A stretch of DNA of 64,000 bases from positions 124,001 through 188,000 of the forward strand of contig JAQGDQ010000219.1 in assembly GCA_030141605.1 (NCBI GenBank), given 5' to 3'. The translations under genes and the position numbers were made by a program. Below, piece after piece: positions 53,821-64,000 of this stretch. The notes beneath the pieces are model-generated. The model was given only the letters and a program-made list of their open reading frames with translations, was not told where the DNA came from and searched no databases. The stretch's first letter is position 1. Each line of letters begins with the position of its first letter. The DNA comes from Tubiluchus corallicola (taxonomy: Eukaryota; Animalia; Priapulida).

Positions 53821-56800
53821 AACTTGTGACATCGCACTAATACTTCCGGAGCCTTAAAAGCAGGTCGTCCTCGAAATGCCGACACTACCGGAGTATTATC
53901 CATTCTGAACAGGTAACAAATGCGTGAAGATGATGGCGGTTCACAGACAGCGAGAAATCAGTAGGTGGCACACCTGGGGTACAAGTCAAGATGAACTATG
54001 TATTTGTATATCTGGTCATGCTCAATTCTGTTCTAAGGTTATGCCTGTTATTAGTGCTCCTCAAGTGCTGTTGCGATCGCCAGCAGTCATTTTGTACAAT
54101 ACATTGTATCATAAATTACGAAGATTTCTTTATAAATGATGCAGTCTTGATACCCAAGGCATTTGCTAGGTTAGGGCACTGTACCCTTGCCTGATATATG
54201 CACCCTCTCATTATCAAGATGCAGTTTATTCAAGTAATTTTAGAAATAATGGTTGTGAAGTTAGAACATGTCATCGTTGCATCTGTAAGAAGTGAATTAG
54301 CAGTGTTGGAGATTTTTTTCTTCCAAGTGAAACTGTGTTGGAAGTTAGTGTTAGTGAAGCGATCTCACAGTCTGTAATAAATTTTACTTGCATCATGTGC
54401 TTGATTTAAACAGCTGGGGGCTGAGCAGTAAAGTGAAATTTCTCTTTTTCAACTTATAAAGTAGAGGTGAATTCTCAGAGTGCAATTGTGGACAGTAATT
54501 TTGTGGTGGACTTTTCATAATGAGTTTACATTTTTTTTCTAAGCTGACATCTAGTGCTTTGGTACTGCAGGTTTTGCAATTTTGTCTTGGTACATCATGT
54601 ACATGTGGTACTTTTTCTTGACTAGTAGGTAGTTCGTCATGATTTGTTCTGCAAATGTAAAGGCTTGCAGCTAACAAGTGTAAAAAATGTGTGTTGGCCC
54701 ATATAGTTAATTTGTTAAATATGTGACATTTAAAAATTTGTTATACATGTAATAGACTGGGAGAATCACATGTTTTGGAAAATGATAACTAGAAAGATCA
54801 AACCCAAGCAAGTTCATAAAAGCTTCCTTTATTTGCTTAAAAGAGGGCATCAATATTATCACTGCACAGTATTTTGTAAAATAAATCTTATTGTTCGTAT
54901 TTACAATAGTTTAATATTGCTCAGTCCCCATTTTCTCTGTACCGAATCTGTTTATTTATATGCTGAACAAATTGTGTATTCACAGCGACATATTTTATCT
55001 AATGTGCATTTCAGAATGTTATTATACATGTTGTTTTAAATGAACAAACTTTAAATTATATAGACCACCTCGTATTTTATTATTTGTACTCTGATAGTGC
55101 ATTAGCTGTTATGAATGAATTACTTGTTTACGTTACCGCCTGTTTACATCATTTGTGAACTTCGGCATGCTAACATGTTGAACTGATTCAGGTTCGGTTA
55201 CATCAAACTAAATACTATCAAATTGTGTAAAATTTTTTGTAAATTGTGACCTATATCTATATAACAATTGTTAAAAATTCAGTAATTGTGTAATGCATTA
55301 TCACATTTGTTTATTAATTTATTAATGTGTACAGAATATCATAAGGTTGTACGAATTTTTCTTGCATGCAACTTGCTGCGTGCATGACGCAATAACGACA
55401 AGTTGCTGTACCCGTACATCTTCGTACGTGTCGAAAAAAATTGAGCCCATATAATTATTATTATTATATATATATAAATATTATATGTTTTTGTCTGATT
55501 TTGTTTTATTACCATGTCACTTATTGTGTTTCAGTGCATATAGAGAAAGCATTCTTTGTTGTACAAATTGTCAGACAGGTTGTTGGTGCAGAGGTTAGCT
55601 GCTGGTGCATTTGACAACCCTTCACTTGTTTATATGTTATTCTCATGAGGAAAGATCGCTGGAGCAGTGGGCGAAGCTGTGCTGGGCGCCTGCACTCCTT
55701 GTACAGTATTTATAATATGTGTGCTAGTTATTGCTGGCTCTATATAGATGTGCCGTGTTCCAGGTATTACAATGTTCCCAGTCTCATTAGCAACAGCAGC
55801 CCTAGGTTTTCTTTTGTTAATTGTTTGGTTAGTAGTTGTTTCTATATTTTTGTTAACTATTTTGCCATCTCTCAAGCTGTTCAGGATATATTGCCACCCA
55901 TCTTTGTTTGTCAAAATGTACTTCTGATGATACTATATTTGAATATAACTAATTGTCTTTTTAATGTTAAGTACGATTGTTATCAATATGCAATCAAAGT
56001 AATTGTCATTACTCACTACAATTCTGTATGTACTCTGCCCATTTTTATGTTGCGTATAACAGTATTCCTGTGCAATAGCTGTACATACTTTTACTAGTAT
56101 AATATAATAGTACAATAGAACATGAATACCTAAATGCCAAAATTTACCTGGTGTAAAATGACCTCAATAAACTTTGTACATGAATACAAAATCGTCCATG
56201 ATGCCTGTTAGCAACTATAGATCTCTCTTATCGAGTGACAATGATAATTTCATTCAAGTTAAAATTCAATGAAATGTTATCAACTTCGACTTCTGCCCAC
56301 GTCATGTTATGCGTTACAACCAAAGTAGAGTGGAACTTCAAATTTCCAAATAATATTTTAAATAGGTATTTATAATGTGATAAAATCCTCTTCAGCATCA
56401 ATGTTATATGTCTTGGTTGCCCTGTTGTTATGTATTTTTGCCCTTAAATTTATATCCTGAATAATTATGCTGAGATTATGATGGCATTCTCTGCTTTCTT
56501 TGCATTATACTTTGTTGTAAGAGACAAGTCTGCTCCAGTAAAAAGTATTCTTAAGCGCATCTCTTCTCTTTACATAAAAACTTCTATTCTTTCACCATGT
56601 GGTCAACTTGTACTTCGTCTCAGTAGTTGTGCGTTTTAGCTTAGATGATATAATATATTCTGTTTAATAAAGCACTTTCTTTGTTTGATGTTTTATTTTA
56701 TTAAATGTGAACATCATTGAAAAGCAAGCTAGTTTTATTCAACCACAGATGGCGACACTCACTGACTGTTGATATCACCAAGCATCTGCCTTCATGCCAC

Positions 56801-57768
56801 CTATCGACAAAATGAGAAAGTGATAAAAAAAATACTGGCGTCAAAGTGCATAAATCACATGAAGTTGATAAGACACAAGTTTTTGACCTTATGACTAGGA
56901 CCTTTCTGAATAAGAAAGCAATGGATCTTCTGGTCTGGTGATTGAGTGAGTTGCATAATCAGCAAATTTGACACAGACATTAGTCAGAACTTTGTCACAT
57001 GTAGGCCTACTACTGCAGCACTTCAAAATAAATTGTTTATATATATCAGGTAATAAGTGCCAGAAGAAAAAATGTGTCAAAGTTTTGATCAAGATATTAT
57101 AATAAGAAAATAATGGAATTAACTGAAAATTATCACACTGATCTTGCATGATATTTTATGTATAAACATCGAAAATTTCAAGTGATTCGCTTTTTGAAAC
57201 AACAGATCAAAAAAATAAGTGCCAGAAGAAATTTTGTGTCACTAATGTTAAAGTTTACAAATAAGTGGTCTACGACTCAAACATTTTCACTGCAAATTAG
57301 ACGGAGGCATTTCTTCTAAAAGCTGATAGTTTCTCACTTCTTTAATTTTGTCCCAGCACTCAACAGTTTTTGTCTTAGCTTTGCATCAAGCGGTTCCCTG
57401 TGGGCATTGTTCACTTTCTCTTTAAGAGAATTCTTGACACTGCAATTCAGAGGATTAATTTCCAATCTTGGTAACAAATCTTTATCACGTGCTTTATTTT
57501 CTTTGATGATGACTATGATGTAAACAAGTTGATTTCTTTATTGTTTTGCTGCCACGTATTGAGTGCTTTATATGTCCATGTGGCTGTTTTTCAGCTTATG
57601 ATTGTAGCTAATATTGCTTTGGTATTTAATTTTTTAACATGCAAATGTTTTAGCCGTAACTTAAAAACCACTAAAACTATAAACCCGTAACTCTCTTAAC
57701 CAAAAGTTAATGGTACTTGCTTCTAATGTTATTGCAGTCTAGAATTGCGCACATTTTTTCTGTGTCAC

Positions 57769-57770
<2 letters not shown>

Positions 57771-57840
<70 letters not shown>

Positions 57841-57897
57841 GCGTGTGCGCATGTGTGTGCGTATATAGATAGATAGATAGACAGACAGGCGATAGAT
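57771..57897. repeat. Compound microsatellite: about (GT)32, then (GCGTGT)n and (ATAG)n/(ACAG)n
   Basis: Read directly from the sequence. Confidence 0.95.
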
Positions 57898-60125
57898 AAA
57901 TGGTTTCCCATTTTATTCTATCACTCAGGTAGGCACACCCACATACGTCACCAAACCCCTGTTCACATACCGACTATTATCGGTGTAGGTATATACAAAA
58001 AAATACTACTAAAATAATTATTAAGAAGACAACCTATTTTTCCAAATGATTTCTGACAAAATATTGCTACTATTACAGTCAGTTTTTCCAGCTTGAAGTC
58101 TATAAAATCTATAAATAGAAAACAGAAACAATCTCTTTACACAAATCAATTAAGTAGATAAGATAATGTTACAAGTTCAAGCCATGCACGAAGACATTTA
58201 TGAGAAACTATGCTACATGCATCAATCTAGCAAATTTTAGTATCAACTTGGGAAGAGGGAATTATGAGAAAAAATACCTTCTTCAACTTCAAAGCTTTGA
58301 ATGTCTAATTAAAAGGACTATTTCAGAGTTAAAATATTGTTAAATTTTTGAGAAAAAACGTGGCAAGCTAAATTTTCTAGATTCCTGTAATGCACAAAAT
58401 GCTATGAACAATGTTAACACACATTGTGACACAAAACTAAACAACACACAAATTTGAGCAAATATCATATCCTATATGCTAAGTAAACCGGTATGCAAAA
58501 GAACTAGAGTAATCTAACAACAACAAAACAGATAAGCATATTTACATTTTACAGTCACATATGTGTGTATTGAGTATTGAGCATGTTAGTTAAGTATCGT
58601 TTAGAAAAGAATTTGTATTTGTGGTGCAGAATACATTACATATAACTTGACAGATAATAACATATGCATTACTTGAACACGGATAAATCTAGTTCTTAAA
58701 AGACCAATGCAAGGTATGTTTAAAGCTGCACTTATATCACTGTGCTTAGCAAGTTATTGATAAGTTGTGTTTCATTCAATTTTACAACACATCTAATGTC
58801 ACATGCTTGACAAATGTTTGGCCAGACAATAACTTTAAAAATTGCAGTAAATATGTTATGTATATTTGATGCCTGGCATAACATGAATCTTACATGTGAC
58901 AGTTTATTTTGTACAGTGTGGTGGATGTCTTTAGAATGCAGAATGGTATTTATTACAAAAAGAAAGATGACTTGCATTAAATGTACATTTAATGCCACAC
59001 AGAGCACAGTCAGGCAGCAATATAGTAAATCCAGGTGCACTAAGCATAATTGCCTGTGTCTTGAAATTAAGGCAATGATGAAGCAACATCTAAAAATGTT
59101 CTCTACGACTTAACAAAGGACCGAGTTAAGCAAAGAAATGATAATGCTATACAGTGTATGATAAGGTGACTACTATTAATGATGGTGGTTCTATTGGTGG
59201 TGTTGATCCTAGCTGCAATTGTGAGATGTGCAAGGCTACTGCCAGGTGTAGTGTCAGTAGGCTGCACCGTTACGCACTAATAAGGTATGTGGCAGGGTAG
59301 TTATTATTGACATAGGAACACCATCAGTATTCCAAGAACCACTAAGCATCTCAGTATGCCACAAAAAAACCTCAAATTGCAGATTTTAAATTACTGCACT
59401 GCCTTTTTGGCTTCATACTAAAATATTCTTGGTTTCCTCAAACAAATCCAACTGACAAGGAAACTACCATCATGAGATTAGAGTGATCAAAGCTTTTTTA
59501 AGCAAAAAATTATAATATTCGCTAATGATTGGTAAATACTAAGCAAACTGAAAAAATGTGAACACTCGAGCGATGGATAAATATAATAAAGTAATTGCTA
59601 CAAATGATGAATTACCAGAGCAACATGAAGTCTGTACACACAAATTTTGATGTGACAGTCATTCACTAAAAGAAAGCTCTATCAGAACATTATGACAACT
59701 TGCAAATGTTTTCGTGTGACAATAATTCGTGAAAGTGATAAATTTTTACAATGAAGTGATTGCCAGTACAAGCTTTAATAATTCCGTCATTCATGACAAT
59801 TACAGATCATCCATGCAGCAAGTCACATGCATTGGTCAATTTTCTCAAAACGACATTTTATCTAGAAAGCATGATGAAAAATATTTAAACAATGTTCAGC
59901 TACTTGAGAACGTCCCAAAATACCAGGAGAACATGATAACCTGAAATCAGTAATATAAGTGGCATTCATTTTTCAAACTAGAGTATTTGCATGTAAAAGA
60001 CTTAAACCTGTCTGAAATTGATAACCAGATTGGTAAATTGACTTTAACAGCATAAACGCTTTGATTTGATAAAAACTGAAACAGGCTTTCTATTGTCATG
60101 AATTAGCTTATATAAAGGACTATGA

Positions 60126-62623
60126 TCAAAGCGCTGTCAGGCCAAAGCTGCACCTGCAATGAGCCATACTTTGTACCTCCTCCCAGACATCTTGGTAAGC
60201 ATCGTATCGTAGAACAGAGTTTAGGTAAGATGACCCGGAGTGACCACCGACTGCATACAGCTGGTCATCTACCACAGCCACATTCAAACCTAAATAAAAA
60301 CGTGACCTGCTATAGATAATAAATAAACATTGCCTGTTTTTGTCTTCTGAACAGAATAGGTGAGAAATAAGATAATCTTTATCTACTAGCTACAAATTCA
60401 ATCAAAAAATTCGTTGACTTTATTGTGCTTAACAACAGTAGTGTAACATCACAGTGACAGATTTAATGATTTTGAATTTCACTCAAGTTAAACTCAGCTG
60501 AATTAAACTCAAGTTTTAAGATAACCAGAATATGACATATATAACTTCTTAAATAATATTACATTGTGCTTAGCATCAGATTTGTAAATTTAAAAACCCT
60601 ACAACGTCATACTTTAAGTCTTTGTACTTTCGATGCACTAGTGTTGCAGCATTGTTACAACAAAATTAGAGTGTTACCCGTCCTTGGTCGATCCATGCTA
60701 GCAACAAATGTCCACTGGTCAGTGTGCGGATCATAACGTTCACAACTGTTTAGATGAGAAGCTCCATTTTGGCCACCAGTGACAAACATAAAACCGTGTA
60801 GAACAGCCACGCTAAAATTAATTCGCTTTTCTAACATTGGTGCAACCAGCTCCCATCTATCAGTGTTTGGGTCATATCTTTCCACACTGTAACAAGAAAA
60901 TCAATTTAGGTAACACCACCTATGTGTTAGAGTAGTCAATTAAATTATTATGAATTTAGCAAGTCTCTTGCACTTGGTGGCAGAAAAGTTAATCTAAAAA
61001 TGATAAGCTGTTAAGATTAATGTCAAAATTAACAAATATAATTTAAAATGCTTGCAGTAAATATTATAACCATTTACGCTGCTGAATGATCAAGACTGAG
61101 AAGACAGTGAACTAGCTCCTTACAGTGAACTAACTCTTACATTTAAATTGCAAAAATGACCTGAGCAGAAATCTTTTACCTTTAAAACTACAATACACCT
61201 TACACAAATATCAATCTAAATTCTCAAGTAACACACACAGAAACAAATCTAGGTAACTACCAGTAACAACATCTAACTCGCTAAATAACATATAAATATA
61301 TGCCATAATACTCTTGTCACATGGAAGAAATTTGACTGAGTTAGTTTCATACTTGAAGTGTTTTACATATAATTTTTGACAAGTGAAAATCATGCACTTT
61401 AGCATAGCATCAGTTTACAGCTTTTCAGCGGTTCTGATATATGCTTCTAGAACATCTAGATAAGAAACCTGGCACATTGCTTCCATGGGCTGGCGAACTA
61501 GTCTAGATCAATCTTGTCAACATCGTCTCAAGTTCAGGTGATACCAGTAAAGACTGCTTTCAGTGCATATTTCAACTGGACTTGGTTTACTAGACTGAGA
61601 ATATTGGAAGCTGGACTGAAAACAATCTTGATCCAGATCATTTGAGCTCAGAACTGCTGTTGAAAAGATTTACTAGATTCGATAATGCCTGGATGAAATA
61701 CATAGAGTACAACTGTATGAATACTAAGCAAACCTGTTAAGGCACGGGGGACCATAGCCACCAACTGCATAGATAAAGCTGTCCAGTACTGCCACACCAA
61801 AACAGCTGCGAGTGTGTAACATTGGAGCAACATCTTCCCAAGTATCTGTTTTAGGGTTGTACCTCTCCACAGACCTTTTGCATAAAACAGATTTTAGTAA
61901 GCACTTAGTATTAAAATTTTATGTGATAAAAATGACTTGGTATCACATTTTGGTAAAATTAAATTTTCTTCTGGTTTAATGCATTCATAATTTAGCATTT
62001 CAGCTATACGAATATTCAGGAAGATTTGGAAATCACCGAAATTACAAAATGAAGCTATTTTGGAATTGAAAGGGTTGCAAAAGAGAGGAAAATACCTAAA
62101 CAAAATAGGCATCATACAACAGAAAACAGTTAGCAAATGTAAAATTAGGAAATATATTTAGATTTTCTATTTATATAGATGCAAGCACAGTATATATTCA
62201 GTATAGTTCAGTAGAAAATGCAATAAGTAGTTAGAAACAATAATTATATAGTACTGATATCTCAAAATCTTAGCTACCTGGTGAAAACATTAAAACTGGA
62301 AATTAAATCATTACCGTAGATAAGTTTCCCCGTCGTAACCACCAAGAGTATATATACACCCATCTAAAACAGCAACGCCTAGTGTGCTACGCCGACGACT
62401 CATATCTGGAAGGCTATTCCACAGGTTCGTTTCTGGATCCCAGCACAGTACGGAGGCACTATGGTGATGGTGTGACATACTTGATTTGTTGGAGAAACCA
62501 CATACGATGCCACCTAGCAGATATACTTTGTTGTTAAATGTCAACATTCCGCATTCAAATCTGCGCTCAGGCAAACGCTGAACTTCTGTCCACGTGTCAT
62601 TGCCCGGGACATACATTTCTATG
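60126..62623 (-). CDS. KLHL28: Kelch-like protein 28, 5'-partial (Kelch-repeat exons 62623-62315, 61874-61734, 60886-60678, 60289-60126); BTB/BACK exons not found in the window
   Basis: Consecutive Kelch repeats (GG...VERY.P....W), including [25 protein letters not shown] and [16 protein letters not shown]. The C-terminus [10 protein letters not shown] resembles the recalled vertebrate KLHL28 end CRCNFGLTAL. Junction phases are consistent. Confidence 0.88.
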
Positions 62624-62722
62624 CTGCAAAAAAGAAACTGATGATTATTTTATTTTTAGTAACCTGAATTTGTTTTACACAAGTTACTTGCACGTGTACT
62701 ATCAGTATCAAAGGAAGTAGTA

Positions 62723-62758
<36 letters not shown>
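62723..62758. repeat. (AT)n(GT)n microsatellite
   Basis: Read directly from the sequence. Confidence 0.85.
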
Positions 62759-64000
62759 ATTTTTTATAGTTCAATATTTTAACACAATTTTCATACGTAA
62801 CACTGCAAAAATAGCTAGCTTGGTTTATATCATTATCACCATTAGCATCAATTGATTATCATTGTCATCAGCATTAATACCAGCATCGCTGTCATTATTA
62901 TCATCACCAACACCAACATCGTCATTATTGTTTTCTCGCATCTGTTTGGTTCGCTCCATTTAACTTTTTTTGTTGTTTATGTCATTAATTTAGTCTTATC
63001 CATGTTGAGCGCAGCTTGTAAGTTAATTTCTTCTGCTGCACTCATAGCACTGTAACGCATTGTTAATTTGCAATTTTATAACTTTTATTTTTTATATTGT
63101 GCTAAATGGATGAATAAATAAATCTAAAATAGATCTAAATATATATATATATAATATATATATACTAAGTAGGACATTTGAACATTCTCAAAACCGCATA
63201 GTTACACTCTTAATTAAAACTTTATGCAACTGTCACAAATTTGTCATTTTGTAAGCGCATCCAAAAACTGTACACTTAATTGACATTACGCATCAATTTG
63301 GTCACAGAACTTGCTATTACAAAAAATAGGAAATGTGGATAAATGTATAGTAAGATGTGGGCATTAAAAACTAACTAGCTGGCATGTATCTTTAATGCAA
63401 AAGTCACTGCCAGTGAATTAGAAAATGGGTAAGGCTGTCTAAAGAGATGCTGAGAGTGGTGAGGCTGATTTATTGGAACAATTAACTGCAGATGGGCAGC
63501 TTTCTTCCAAATGTCAGAGACAAAATAAATACAAGATAAGTAAAAAAAGTTGAAAGTGCTATTTTATAAAAGTTACATGTTAGTTAAGGCTGTGGTATTT
63601 ATGGGTGAGGAAATGCTGAGTAGGCCTACTCCTGCAATAAAAAAAAATCTATTTTAGTTAGAGGACATATTACAATGTTACACACTTCTTGTGACACCTA
63701 ACTTAAAATGTCAATTCTTTACCTGAGCATAATAAAATTGTTTTACTGTCATTGCAAGTCAGATGCCAGACCAAATTTAAATGAATACAGATCTTTCTAG
63801 TTCAGACATACTGCTAGAAATATTAATTTCTACTTTTTAATTATTGTTTTTGCCAATTGTTCACTATAAAATTCAAGTCACCTCTGTAAGCAAATTTAAT
63901 TATAAATTAAAGTAAAATCAACATTATAATTTAAAACAGCCCGCACAAAACATGTATCAAAAGCGTAAATTTGTTCAAACTTTAGAGCTGGTTATAGCTT

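Noticed and set aside
55630-56115. ORFs of 150, 94 and 60 aa downstream of SSBP
   Set aside because: Their composition is typical of translated AT-rich UTR, with no motifs or splice support. The same applies to most 60-110 aa ORFs in the track.
62828-62930. Ile-rich ORF 62852-63055
   Set aside because: It derives from a degenerate (ATC/ATT)n simple repeat within a KLHL28 intron.

Overview
AT-rich, intron-containing animal (invertebrate-like) nuclear DNA, not prokaryotic. I assembled four protein-coding genes by hand from GT-AG exons. (1) A two-exon ELOVL3/6-type fatty-acid elongase (+, 646-2562). (2) RFC4, a clamp-loader subunit (-, 9 coding exons from 10672 to 3156); its expected last exon is not found in the window, so the elongase appears to be nested antisense in the last RFC4 intron. 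(3) A complete 17-exon SSBP2/3/4 (SSDP) gene (+, 17746-53820, 423 aa) with a 16-kb intron. (4) The last four exons of KLHL28 (-, 62623-60126). The rest is intronic or intergenic DNA containing MITEs, Helentron-like (HINE) elements, an RTE-type LINE relic, tRNA-derived SINE-like fragments, microsatellites and an 11-copy 78-bp minisatellite with higher-order structure. I found no convincing new multi-gene system. The most interesting observations concern gene architecture and splicing. Family assignments come from recalled motifs, not database searches.
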